A stretch of DNA of 64,000 nucleotides, taken from contig JAYWIR010000015.1 in assembly GCA_036172245.1 (NCBI GenBank), forward strand, positions 1,054,001 to 1,118,000, in the 5' to 3' direction. The notes beneath the pieces are model-generated. The model made no database searches. It was not told the origin of the DNA and worked only from the letters and a program-made list of their open reading frames with translations. Every line of letters begins with the position of its first letter. Within the stretch, counting starts at the first letter, position 1. The translations under genes were made by a program, and so were the position numbers. Below are positions 1-12,295 of the stretch, in pieces. Source of the stretch: Raillietiella orientalis. Lineage: Eukaryota.

Positions 1-320
1 GTTGTGATGACAGCACCTAAGGACAGGCCGCCTGGCATGAAGAAGCGGCGCATCAAGTCTCTCGCGGTATCCCCATGGTGCAGGAGAGATGAGGCCAGCC
101 TCCGCCAAAGTCCTAGGAGGGCACCGCAGTCCAGGAGCAGGTGCGGGAGCGTTTCCACTTCCCCGCACCGTTTACAGTTCGGGGAGACAACTCCCCCGGA
201 AACACGGTTCGTCCGCTGGATGGAGTGAAAACCCCAATGCACCAGCATGATGACGTCCTGCTTCCACGAAAGGGGGAACACAGAAGTGTTCAAACAAGAG
301 GGAGAGACCACAAGTTCTTC
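1..320 (-). mobile_element. 5'-truncated fragment of the same L1/Tx1-type LINE as 10784-14451 (CCHC region); runs off the left edge of the window
   Basis: Ungapped alignment to 11173-11492 with about 12 mismatches in 320 nt by manual count (~96%). Encodes CKRCGEVETLPHLLLDC on the minus strand. Similarity stops abruptly after ...CACAAGTTCTTC at 320. Confidence 0.95.
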
Positions 321-3300
321 AAAGAATTTTTCTCTATACGAGTGCAACCGCCTACCATTCACGGGATCACAAAGTCAGGGAGAATGTCTCTTGAAGGTGC
401 TCTGCACATGTAAAGACAGATCTATGGACACAAAGCTCACTAATTCACCTTGCGGTTGCATCTGTTTTCAGGAAACCTCCGTCGCAAGCAACGGTTGCTT
501 CGAAGCTGCCGTCTTTCAAATGATTGCAGCCAAGCAGCGAAGAAACATCACAAATGCACACTCACGAATTTGCTGGTGCGAAAGTTCTATGGGGAAAAAA
601 ATCCTCCATTGCCTTACTGAAGATGCATGAAACAAGAGGTTTCAGATTGCTGCATGACCCAGTGTTGGCTTCTTCTAGAGATTTTCCATTTCCGCAAGTA
701 AAGGAAACTTTCGAGACACTAGGAAAACCGTGTGCATACCCAGAGTCTGCTTGATCACGAGATTGGAAGCTACTAAGATAAATCTCGAAGAATCTGTAAG
801 GAAAAAGTTCCCATGGTACAGGAGAAAACGGAAAAGTGAGATGGAGCACACAAGAGAGTTTCCACCTGATAAGCCGCCTGCGTTGGATTTCGCAAGAGCT
901 TCGTCAGGAGTGGCAACCGTACTGAGGCTGAAAGATGCATGGAAACTGCGTTGGCAAACTCAAAACTGATGAATGGGCTCTCCATGTGAGTTCCGCATTC
1001 AAAGTGACTTCATTTCTAACTTGGGGCTGACTCTCTAGAAGAGAGAGGCTGATTGCAACCAAAACAGTAAAAAGAATTGATAAACTTCCGAAAACCAGTC
1101 AGGCGAGGTCCAGATCGTCTCTAGTCACCTTCCAATTCTGACATCAGCATCATCGCAGCTGCTCCAAGAAACCGACGAAATCTTCTGGACAGTCGTGAAG
1201 AGCCTTCAGTCAGATCGTCGGATATGACGATGATCTGGTTGCACAAATCTCATCTAGTAGATTGAATCCTTGCTCCCTTCTGTTATCATCCAGCAGTGGC
1301 GCATGCTGTGTTCCATCCGCACCTGTCAAGCGCACCTTTCATTCTCTTGCATTGCAGATTGCTGCTTTTTTTAAAAAAAAAAAAAAACATTTCCATACAT
1401 AATCTCTTCTTAGAGGCACGCTTAGTGCCTTCTCGACTGACTGTTTCCATCGTTTTCTGTTCTGCCTCTCGGACAATCATCCCAGAGGCGGTATTAAAAA
1501 GCTTGAGACAATTCTTCTTTGACAGCTGGAGTTTATCTGAACTTCCTGGTTCTGAGAAAGGAACCGACAAACAAATCTCTCTCCCCCTTCTGCATGCCGA
1601 CCCAGCGCAGCATCCAGCAAACCAGGACAGCAGCTCCAGCGCGGAAAATAGGAAGCTGAGGAAGTCTTCTATGGCATACATTGGAAACTTGCATTGCACC
1701 TATCACTTTGTCATCTACTTTTAGCAGATAAAGTCAGAAATGCGGAACATTACGGATTTGCATTTCTGCAAACCTCAAGAACTGCAGTTGATACCATGTG
1801 TGTGATAAGAATGAGAGAAAGGAGGCCATTATATCTGTTGCAGCTCAACGAAAACAAAGACTGAAATGGTACTGGCGCTTTCGTGCTTCTCGTAACTTCC
1901 ACAAAGTCCAAGCTTTTTTTTATCAGCATTGGATGTAGACTTGGTCGTAGGGATGCAGCTATAAGTTTCCTTTGTACCTGCGCATCTGAAGCTTTCCGAT
2001 TCCGGGAACGTTCCAGTTCGAAGAGAATACTTCGAAGTCACCCCTATTACGTTATCAGGAGATGCGAAACGTTTCCGTCCAAGCATCCTTATTTACAGTA
2101 TCTGCAAAAACTGAAATTTCACGATCTTCCTTCTGTTCCTCTGAGCAAGGACGAATTTCAGAATTCCTTTTCCGAGCTTCTATAAATTTATTATTCATAT
2201 ATTTATCAATTTATCAATTTTGTTAGTATAGCACTCATCGATAGCTCAAGAAGAGAATGTGGTGGCTTCAACGAGTTTGGTCAACAATTGCTGCAGAAGC
2301 CGCTCAAAAAAGACGTGTAGTGTTCCCCAAAGGTATGAGTCTAATTTTTTTTTAAAAAAAAAGAGAGAGACGTGACAGGCTCTGTGACATTTCATGGGAA
2401 GGAAGAAGTAAAAAACGAAGTCGTTAATGATTCTTGGAAAGCTGTCCGGGGAATCTCTGGGAAAGATGTTTGGAATAATGAAGCATATCTGCATCTAGAG
2501 CAGATAGCAATAACGAATTCCTTTCTTGTGTTTTTTTGCTCCGTGTGTATGGAAAAGACTCTTTGACGGCTTCAGTCAGCTTGGTCAATTTGATGTATTT
2601 TCATCGGCTATTGTTTCTTTGTTCCGCTTATTGCTGAACAAACTTTCGAGATAAATGCTCTTGGATCTGAACTCTTTTACATATTACTTTCGGTGCAGTC
2701 ACAAAAGGCAGTTCATTCTACTTTCATGCCTCTATGTGCTTATTCGATCCTGACAACTAATTGGATCTCTACCATGCTTTTGGATTGATCTGCAGTAAGA
2801 ACAGCCCACCCAATGAAAAGTCAACATCTCTATGGCTTGCAGTCAGAAAATGAATGACTTGCTCCGGACACTTTCGAGTAATTCCTAAAGTGGCGCTTGG
2901 CTGTACCACCTTGTCTTACTCAAAGGGATGCCCGAAGAGAAAAATGGAAAGCCCAAGTCCGGAACACCCATGATTTCCTTCTACAGGGATTCTTCGCCAG
3001 GGCTTTCCGATTCCCTGCTCTTCTCGTTTTCCCCTTGCGATCCCTTCTTACCCCTTGCTGTCGCACCCTTGAGACGTATATCAATAATCGCCTTCCTCTG
3101 AACAGCATATCTGAGCATCATCTGAACAGGTAGCTTCTCGATTCTTCTTGTGTTTCGGAAAAAATGGGGCACAAACTGCAATTTTCATAATTTTCATCGC
3201 CTTTGCGACCTTTCTCTGCTACATACAATGCATGCTGTGGTATTCAGCACGTTAGCTTGCTCTAGTAGGTGGTGAATGTGCACATAGAGACAAACGTGAC

Positions 3301-6088
3301 TTTTCCCTTCAGTTTCATGTTAAAGACCTGAATTCGCAGAGAGCCGCACACTGTATCCTCAAACCAAAAAGCTTTTCGTTTTAACGTGGCAAACTCGCCA
3401 CATGAAAACGGGAAGCTTCTTGGTTTGAGGAAACACCCTTGCCGGAACGGGACACGGTGTGGAACGCGTTCTTGACACCTCGCTCCTGCCGTTTGCTCTT
3501 TATTCGTCTTTCCCTAGAGGCATTGAGAAGTGGATCGAAAGTGCAATCTCCTGCAAAAAGGATAAAAGGGAAGTCCCACATCCGAGTGAGAGACGTGGTG
3601 GCTCTACGACGGGATGGAGGGTTTGTTTCTTGATCCTGGAGTGGATGAAGAGACAACTCCAATTTAAAAGACTGACCTCGTCGGCTAGACTTTAGTAGAC
3701 TACCTCCCGGTGCGTTCTCCGCGTTTCTTCGTAGAGCATGTGTCCGTCTTCAAAGAGCTGTTTATTTTGGGAGTCGAAGGACTGTCCTCATTGAGCCACA
3801 CTTCGTTAGAGGCTCAATGAGGACTTCGACTCCAAAAGAAGGTTACCCTAGGAAAGAAGAACGCTTGCATCTCCTGCTTCCTCACTAACTATAGTGTCTG
3901 GTTACAGAGAACATCCCAACATAAAGTAAAATTCACGAGGCGAGCTCGAAGCGATCCCAATGCCATGATTTTCCAATTACGCTTGAAATTCTAGTTCCTC
4001 GTTACTGGAGATTGTGGAAAGTTCCTGGAAGAGAATGCGGGCAAAAGGCATTCGTAATCGTGCAGCACTGTTCTCCCTACGGGATAATAATGGTAGTAGC
4101 CAACCGTAAAAATGAGAGTTGATCTCAAAAGTGGAAGCAAAAGAGAACTTCTGGGAATCTGGAAAGCACCTCAACTTTTTAGCAACCGTCAACTCCTGCT
4201 TCCTACTTCAAAAGAACTCTTCTCCTTTTCTTTCCCTAGGAAGTCCCTTGGAAGAAATGGAGATCTTCATGATGTTTAAGGATGGTTTGTGCTTTCTTTA
4301 GAGTGCAGAATTCGTCGCTGCAACTGCTACACAAGGCCATTTCTTGCAATGCTCGATGGCACCATTGGATCAAGGAAAACTGGCCCTGAACTGTGCTAAG
4401 TGGGTGAATTAGAGTCCACTTGGCACCTGTTCGTGGAGGGTTCTGCTCTCTGGATTTGTGAGAACATTCTAACATTCCTCCAAGGTCTTCTGGCTGCCTA
4501 TGGACAATCCGAAGGACATCGAGTAAAGCGAGCTCTTCATGTACAGTGCGATATCGCCTGCTTCGGCAATTGCATTCCTCTGCTGCCTCCACGGAGTCTT
4601 GGCTGCAATAAGCTACTCTGAAAGGGACAGACCAACTGGAAAGCCGTTCCCATCTTTCTTCAGGATGACAACTAGATGGACGCCTCACTTCTAGTATCGC
4701 AAGGAGGAACTGGTCAACACCCCTGACAGAATGCAAATGACTTCAGGAAATCTACTGCGATCCCTTCCCTTGCCTCCATAGTTTCCCGAATATTTTTTTT
4801 TTATTTTTTGAAGAAAAGTGCTGTTTTCTATCTTCCCTTTAGATTTTCTTCTCAGCAGCCTACTTGCGAGCACGGATGCTTCCTGGACTTGTTCTGATGT
4901 AGTGAGTTGGAATTGCACCGCGGAGAAGGACTTTTGGGAGGGGGTTCCTTTTTGACTGTTTACATCCAAGTAAATTTTAGAATAAACTTCCTGACATGAG
5001 CTTCTAATCCCGGACAGCCGGACCAGCCACTTAGAATAAATAAGCAAAAGCAAATACACCAGTTAAAGACAGACAGTTGTCCGCCCAGACCCACAGAGGA
5101 CAGAAGTAAGGAAGAGTGAAAGGAGGAACAATAAACAAATAAATGAGTAGGGAGTGGGATGGAGCGGCTTTGCGGTATCTAGCATGGTTCCCGAAAGTCT
5201 ACGTGGGCTATGAAAGCAAACACACCCACCGCTTGTTCCGGGTTAGTCTGCTTACGATCACCCGAAAGATTCCTTCGAACCTCACATCCCAGATGAGGCC
5301 GTTTTGTAGCACTTTGCATGCAGGAGATGGCGATCACATGTGGCTCTCGATTCGACGACCACACCCTTCCTTCATTTTGGTGGTCATCGCTACTGGCACA
5401 TGGACGGCAATCGCCCGTCAGAAAGCAAACTAGCAATTCTGGAGAAGTATCTGTTCCTTCGAATAGCCACCCTTTCGAATGGCAGCATAGAAGAATCAGA
5501 GCACCTCAGCTAGGTGCTTCTATCCCTGACCCAGCCTTCCCCTTTCAAAGATTCCGTGAGGGAGTGTGTCCACTTACCAGTGTACTCTTTGGGCACCCTC
5601 CCTGCTGTGGCATGGTGGCGTTTCTTGTTACGAGGGAGAAACCAGTACCCCAGCAAGATGGCAATCTGTTCGTGACGAAGAAAGGGTAGAGACGTGTACC
5701 AAAAAGCTCAGGATCCTGAAGTTTTTACGGGGATTTTTGTGGGCCTTTAGGCGAGATTGTTTGGAATGGATGGGTTCGCCAGCCGAGACGCTTTCCATTT
5801 AGCGGTAGGTTTGCTGGCCCCCACCAGCAGGCAAGTCATCCCTTGTGCCGCAGGAGCGTCCATCTCCTTCCAGACATGCAGAAGGGACGCATAGCATTCT
5901 GAACGGCCTCAAGCTTAGTCCTGAAAAGCAGGCAGGCATCGTCGACTATTCTCTCAGGGAGCGTTCCTCCAGGTGTTTGATCTCATTCCTGTTAACCCTT
6001 TGCTTGCGGAGCTCATCAGAAATCTGTCCACGCGAGTCGCAGCTGGACGAAACGCTTTTTCGCGTACCGCGTGCTCCATCGAGGCACC

Positions 6089-6424
6089 GTTTGACTTTAT
6101 AAAGTGCTGATTAAAGTTGCTATTGTAATTGTTTACTTACATCACATTAAATAGAATATTTTCGTTTTTCCCAAGCTTATTTATTTGAAAATTGTAATTA
6201 TTATTCGAACAAATCAATAATAATTCATTCACAAGACAAGGCAAAGATAAGAAACAACATAATAAATTAAATGGGACACTGAGAGAAACCGAGAACAGTC
6301 AGCCGATATAAACAGAATTTTGTTTACTGTCGTTGCTAAGGGAACTACAAGAACGTAAGTATATGTGCCCATTTCAAACTATGCCGTGTTAGTGTTAACT
6401 ATGTCGCATCTATAAGGTAAAAAC
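6089..6424. mobile_element. Candidate MITE-like AT-rich insertion
   Basis: AT-rich ~335-bp block between GC-richer flanks, with imperfect terminal inverted repeats (GTTTGACTTTATAAAGTGC at 6089 vs reverse complement GTTTTTACCTTATAGATGC at 6406-6424). No clear TSD. Confidence 0.3.
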
Positions 6425-7662
6425 ATTTTCCAGACTCACCGATGCGTCCACAGAGCACGCCGATCGCTTTCGTCGGATGCATATGTGCGTCCATAGCACT
6501 CAAAAGGTTGAGGAGAGGGCTGGACTTTCATGAGCCTCAACGCTTCCAGAGATTCCTGCCGCAACGCGTTTCTGTTACTCGCAATGCATGCTATGGCTGG
6601 TATCGCATAGTGGGCAACCGGATAGACTCTAGTCATCCTGCAGCAGCGACGCGGTTGTGCAGATTGGGTAGCACAGGCCTCTCTCTCGCCTGCTGTAGTG
6701 TGGGAAAATGGGCGCAAGTCTTCTGCAACTTCTTGCATCCTTCCTGCAGCGCGTGGCAGGTGGCACCGGTGAAGGTCTCCCGCAGCCTAACCACCAGGAC
6801 CAGCCGCCGGAACGATGCCTGCATTGACGTCCGTTCTGTGGAAGACAAGTTCAAGCATGCTCCCTGGCAGTGGCGAATCAAGTCCTTCGGTCACAACCCA
6901 GACCTGGAGAAGCCCAAAAGGGCTCTCTGCATGAGATCTCGGTGCACCCAACGGTCTCCGGGAAAACAAAAAGGAAGGAACTGAAAATGGGCGCAACCAA
7001 AGTGTCTCACACTACAGCTCCTTCGGGAAGCAAAAGTTATCCGTCGAGAGAGGGAGCCAGGGCGGGGTGTTACGTTAACATCCGGTCGGGTTCTATCTCT
7101 CATACGGAGGAAGGAATCCACGAGCACCCGCAGATAGGTAAAAGACTCCCCACGGAGATTCCCAGCGACAACTAGCCCTTATCCGGCGATTTGAGGCTTC
7201 TTCCTGATAAACTAGACGTCCGCACTATCGCGTATAACCTCCCAAAATTTCTGGAGCAAGACCTGCAGGGATTCGCAATGGCAGGAAGAGGAGCATGTCG
7301 TTGGAGCTTGCCAGGAGGCCGGCTAAGGTGTGCAGGTACGCGTTCTGCGGCAGTTCAAAAAACTGTCTGAAGATTATCGCGCTGAGACCGTCTCCCTGTC
7401 GAATTCCCCGTCTGACATCTGTCCCTTCTCTTAGGAGGCCGCTGAAAAAGATCGAGGCTTTTGCTTTCGCAGATGCTGCTGGCCGTGAAGGCTGGCTGGG
7501 AAGCCAAGCCTTCTTCGGAGCTCGAGAAAGAGCTCCCGATCGACGGAGCCGGAAGTTTTTGGCCCAGGTTGGAGGCGTCAGCCACTGCTCCCTTTCCGGG
7601 AGCTGTTCTCGAGCAATGCTCCAGCGTCGCAGCTTGCCCTGTATTTGGAAGCTGCCGTGAAC

Positions 7663-7949
7663 CTTCCTTGATGAGGTGGGTGGTGGTGCGTGGCCGTTTT
7701 TAGTCGGTGGGAACGATTTGTCTGGTTAGCTCCGACAACGAACGAGACCCTGACCTGCTAACTAGGCGATGGGACCCCGATGACGTCATCTGCCGCTCTT
7801 CTTAGACGGACAGAATTACACAAAACTGGGCAATAAAGGTTAGTGATGCCCTTGGATGTTCTGGGCAGCATGTGCGCAACATTGAAGAAATCAGCGTGTG
7901 ATCCTCCTCTGAATCGACCGGGTGACCAGCTGAACCTTCTTAGTGATAG
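7663..7949 (+). rRNA. Degenerate, non-functional fragment of eukaryotic 18S rRNA (around V7)
   Basis: Colinear diverged matches to conserved 18S blocks: GGTGGTGGTGCgTGGCCGTTtTTAGTcGGTGG, CGATTTGTCTGGTTAgcTCCGAcAACGAACGAGAC, CTTCTTAGAcGGAC, GCAATAAaGGTtaGTGATGCCCTTgGATGT, ATCAGCGTG, GCTGAACC. Many substitutions at normally invariant positions and no flanking rDNA. Confidence 0.88.
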
Positions 7950-10774
7950 CGCTCTTTCCCTCGCAACCTGAACCAGGTGTGGGCATAGAGCAGCTTGTCG
8001 TTGATGGCTCGACCCGGGAACGGGTAGGTCCGCTCCTGGCTGACTCACACATTTCCGCCTCTTGCTTTTCGCACGCTCTGAACCTTGGCGAGCAGCCGGA
8101 CGTCCATGTTCAAGGTCATGGTGGGATATCAGTTGCTCAGCGTCGTCGGCCTCTCGTTTTTGGGGAAGAGGCGAATCTTGGTTGATCCTCAAGGCAAGCA
8201 CTTGAGCTATCTTCCGGATCAGTAGTGCTAGTTTGTGCATCAAGGGCGCCCTTCTGCCTCACAGAGTTGTTGGAACTCTCTCGAAAGCCGTTCTGCACCT
8301 GGTGCAGTTCCCCTCTGAACCCTCTCATATCTCTAATAGTGAAGAACTCATCGGGTCATCTGGAAGCCTCCTACGACACTCTGCTCGTAATGACCTCAAG
8401 GAGCTGACTACCATCTCCACCAGCGCAGCAGACTTTTCGAGGTGCCTGACATCAGTCGGTCTGCCGGTAGCACGCGCTTGTGCGAAGCATGCCCTTCGGC
8501 ATGCAGTGAGATGTGAAGGGTGACGCTCATGGAAAATGCATGCGGAACCTTTAAAACGACCCCGGTCTCCCACCGTATTGATGAAACAGTCCTCCAGGAA
8601 GATTCGAAGTTTCTTCTGGGCTCCTGGACGGCTGATCTACCCTTCTGGAATCCTCCAGGTCTTTGTTTCGGAACCATTCCGAGGAAGAACCAGCTCAGTC
8701 TCGATCCTGGGGTGATGCGACAAGGTGGACCCACCTCGAACAAAGGTGATGGTCAAGGAATGCGTGGTCGATGGATCCGAACGTCTCAGGTTCACCCTCC
8801 AGCAGGTTCGAGGTGTACATCGCTGTCAACGAGTGTTCGTCGGCTTGCGAGCGCAGGCCCAAGAACCATGTCTCATCTAATAGAACGGTCGAAGATCCCT
8901 GCCATCAGTTGAACCGTCCCCGAGTGTGCTGACTGCAAATGGTTTCACTGGGGTACCGGCATAAACTCCACCTTCTTGCGTACGGTTGCGAGTAGCGGCG
9001 CTTGAGAGTGTTCGTTTTTTCATTACGAGATCAGTCGTGTTGAGCCACTTGAACACAAGCTGCCCGATCTGATACAGACTTCGTTAAAACGAACATCGAG
9101 CGTTGACTGCTCCGGTTGCGGACGAACGCGACCCCCACAAGCATCTGAGGACCCACATTTGACCTCGAGGGCTCCTTCTTAAAAATGTCCGAATGTATCA
9201 CCTTCTCGAAGGCTTTCTGCATCTCCTGCAGAAAAAAGTGCGGGCCCGAGACTCTGAGGGGATTCCGCGATGACGCATTCCTTTTGATTCGTCACACAGG
9301 CTGTGTTGGTGCTCCATATGATGGGGTCAAGGGTTACGCAGGAGTAGGATCCACTTTCTTACTGTTCCCATGAATTCTTTTCCCTGTCTGCATTTCCACG
9401 TGCCGGATTGCATTCTCCGAGACACGCGACGAGAGCGTATCGCGGCACTGGAGTTCCTGGACACTGGATAGCCATTCATCTCTCCTGCCTTCCCTCCCGC
9501 CGAAGAGTCTGGAAGCTGGACCGTGCAGGCTTCCTTCAGAGATGTGCCCGGATGACTAACCATGGTCGACGCCGTTCTATCGCGCGTATCGCGCCCTTCC
9601 TAGGGGCTCTCGAACGCAGTCCGCTGGCTGACCCGCACGACTGCCTGAGCACTCCATTTAGGAGTTGGGAAGGCTGCTGTATGAGCAGCACGACTTCGGA
9701 GTCACCTCTTGATAGGCTTCCGTTTCCTACTGAAAGAGTTAGCTCCCAAATGGTCTCTCCTGCAGGCGGGACATCCACATTGACCTCACTGTTTTCCACC
9801 TGCAGGCCTTTCGTTTCCTCCACTGAAGCATCTCGACTTCCGAGGTCGCTTCCGTCGCAGACGAAGTTCTTGTCATGGCGGCGGCATTTGCGGAGGACTT
9901 CCGGATTTTTTTTCTCTCCGCGCGCTTCTTTTCCACCCAGTTATGCTGGGGCGTTCGTTCCATTAATGAACCAAAACAAAACAAATTGGAAATCTGATTC
10001 CCTGGGGAAGAGATAGGAAGATTCTCCGGGAGGAACGACCGATACGCAGGCCGGTCACTCGGAAAGTGTGGAACATGAGAAGGGATGACAATAAATCACT
10101 GAAATGAGAAGTTGCAGGAGACTTGGATTTGATCTGTTCCTTCCTTTCTAAAAACCGGCGCAGATGACCTCCCTGGTGACTTCCTCATTCAGATGCGGCC
10201 ATCTGTCGCAGTCCTCAGAAGGGCGGCTGCCATGAAGGTGGTTTCCAGTCGCTCCGTCCGAAACTCAGCACACGGCAGGCAGTCACAATGGTGCGAATGC
10301 CACATGTCGTTTTAAAGGCGCCTCCTAGCAAAAGTCCACCGCGCAGGAACGGAGATCCACGTGCTCAGCAGCTCTGAAGCCAGCCTCCACCAGTTCTCTG
10401 AGAGCACCACGGGCCAAAAGCAGGTGCGAAAAAGACTCGACTCTCTCGCACTTGAAACAGTTCGGGGATGCACTCCCCTAGAAATGAAGTGCATAGGAAT
10501 CCACAGTGCAGAAACAGAAGAACATCCTGTCTCTATTTCAAGGCGAACACAGAAGTATTGCAATACAAAGGCCCCACAACTTCCCCGGGAAGCACATTCG
10601 AAAGTTCCCTCCACCGAAGAAGTGCCTTTGTCTGTGAACGGACAGGTGTTCACCATACCGACCGTTGTCCAGGCGCCCGGAATTTTTGCTACTCCCGCGC
10701 TGGTACTGGAGAACTCCCTCCCCGACTGTAGACAGCTGTCGATGCTTGCCATAAGGGCAGACAGTGCTGCGACC

Positions 10775-10783
10775 AGAAGGTGT
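10775..10783. repeat. Target-site duplication of the LINE, left copy (AGAAGGTGT)
   Basis: Identical 9-mer at 14452-14460; lies just beyond the element's AATAAA and 3' end. Confidence 0.85.
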
Positions 10784-10807
10784 TTATCACCCGGGTGCGC
10801 CGGGGCG

Positions 10808-10813
10808 TTTATT
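10808..10813 (-). promoter_or_regulatory. Polyadenylation signal AATAAA in the LINE 3' UTR
   Basis: TTTATT on the plus strand, 24 nt from the TSD-defined 3' end. Confidence 0.55.
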
Positions 10814-11003
10814 AAAAAACTATCCGGGAACAGAGTTCCTGGACAAAGGAAAAACAAGAGACGAAGGGGGTGGGATCCCCGACACGCAGGTAGGTATTCC
10901 GAAAGTCCGGAACGGGAGGGAGGGGACCACAAATACACTACTATAAAAAATAAAAATATGGAGGGCAGGGGACAGGGGTCTTTGGTTCGGCCGTTCCTTC
11001 CTT

Positions 11004-12295
11004 TCAAAACCGGCGATGGATGCCGGCGATCTCTCTCCTCACGTCCTCTGACAGATGGGCCCACTTGGCAGCCGACGACATGCTTGTGCTGGCTAATCCG
11101 GTGGGCTGATGAAGGATGGCCAGCTTCTCCAACTCTCGGTGGGCTTTGTCGATGGCGCGGGTGCAACACACGGTTGCAACGTCAGCACCTAAAGACAGGC
11201 CGCCTGGCGTGAAGAAGCGGCGCATCAAGTCTCTCGCGGTATCCCCATGGTGCAGGAGAGATGAGGCCAGCCTCCGCCAAAGTCCTAGGAGGGCACCGCA
11301 GTCCAGGAGCAGGTGCGGGAGCGTTTCCACTTCCCCGCACCGCTTGCAGTTTGGGGAGACAACTCCCCCGGAAACACGGTTCGTCCGCTGGTTGGAGTGA
11401 AAACCCCAATGCACCAGCATGATGACGTCCTGCTTCCACGAAAGGGGGAACACAGAAGTGTTCAAACAGGAGGGAGGGACCACAAGTTCTTCGGGGGGCA
11501 CACTCAAGTGTTCACTCCACCGAAGGAGTCCCTTCAAGATGTGGCGAGGCGTGGCGGCGTCTGCCAGCTCGCAAGTCCTCCAGCCGCCAATGGGTCGTGT
11601 TGTTCCTGCGATGGTGCAGGCGACCTCCCATCTCGCCCGTTCGCAGCTGTCATCTCTTGCCCTGAGGGCTGACAGCGCGTCGGCGAGGGGCGTGACGGCC
11701 AGGCGAGTCCACTTCTCCTGGCTGTTGCACACCTCATCCACCGTGCAGTACGGGGAGAGGTGAGCGCAACGGAGTTCCAGGAGGGAAACATCCTGGTGTT
11801 TTGCCCAGCCCTGCAACGGTTCCTGCCGCCAGGCTTCAAAGTTCGTTGGGCGGCAGGAGATCCATTCCTGGGCTGCCAGGAGCCGGTAGAAGGGTTTCAA
11901 CGGGAAACCGAAGCTTCTCGTGGCGCGCTCCGTATGCGGACGCAGCGACAGAAGTCCATCGCTGCCGGTGCAGCGCCGCAGGAGCAGGCGCGCGGGAGCG
12001 CACCACGGAGTGGACCAGAGGTTGGCGCACAGGGCCAACATCCGAAGCTGCACCTGCAGCTCGATTCTCTCCAGCGTCAGGATGCCTAAGCCAGCATCCC
12101 GACGCGGAGCCGCCAAGTCTTTGAGGCGGATCCTGGACCTCGCAGGTCCCCACAAAGCGTTCCTCAACAGGCTGTGCGCCTGGAGCTTGGCCGAGTAGGG
12201 AGGCGGGCAAACAAAAAGCAGGAAGCGCAAGAGGGGGGCAACGAAGGTGTTCCATATCGTGGGCCGCTCCGGCAGGACGAACCTGCCATGGTGGA
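11004..12295 (-). pseudogene. LINE ORF2 C-terminal region with CCHC zinc finger (zf-RVT-like), frameshifted from the RT near 12295
   Basis: ORF 11004..12230 extends upstream as FHHGRFVLPERPTIWNTFVAPLLRF; contains PRRDAGLGI (xxGGLG motif) and CKRCGEVETLPHLLLDC. Confidence 0.85.

Noticed and set aside
885..908. CTGACGA...GAAA hammerhead-like core on the minus strand (other CTGATGA sites were also inspected)
   Set aside because: No pairing stem II or flanking stems.
4957..5400. Possible solo LTR (TGT...ACA with TTGAC/TGGAC flanks)
   Set aside because: Imperfect TSD, no second copy, PBS or PPT; such ends arise readily by chance.
320..10300. Numerous 60-200 aa ORFs and exon-like segments
   Set aside because: No recognisable protein family or phase-consistent exon chain could be established by eye.
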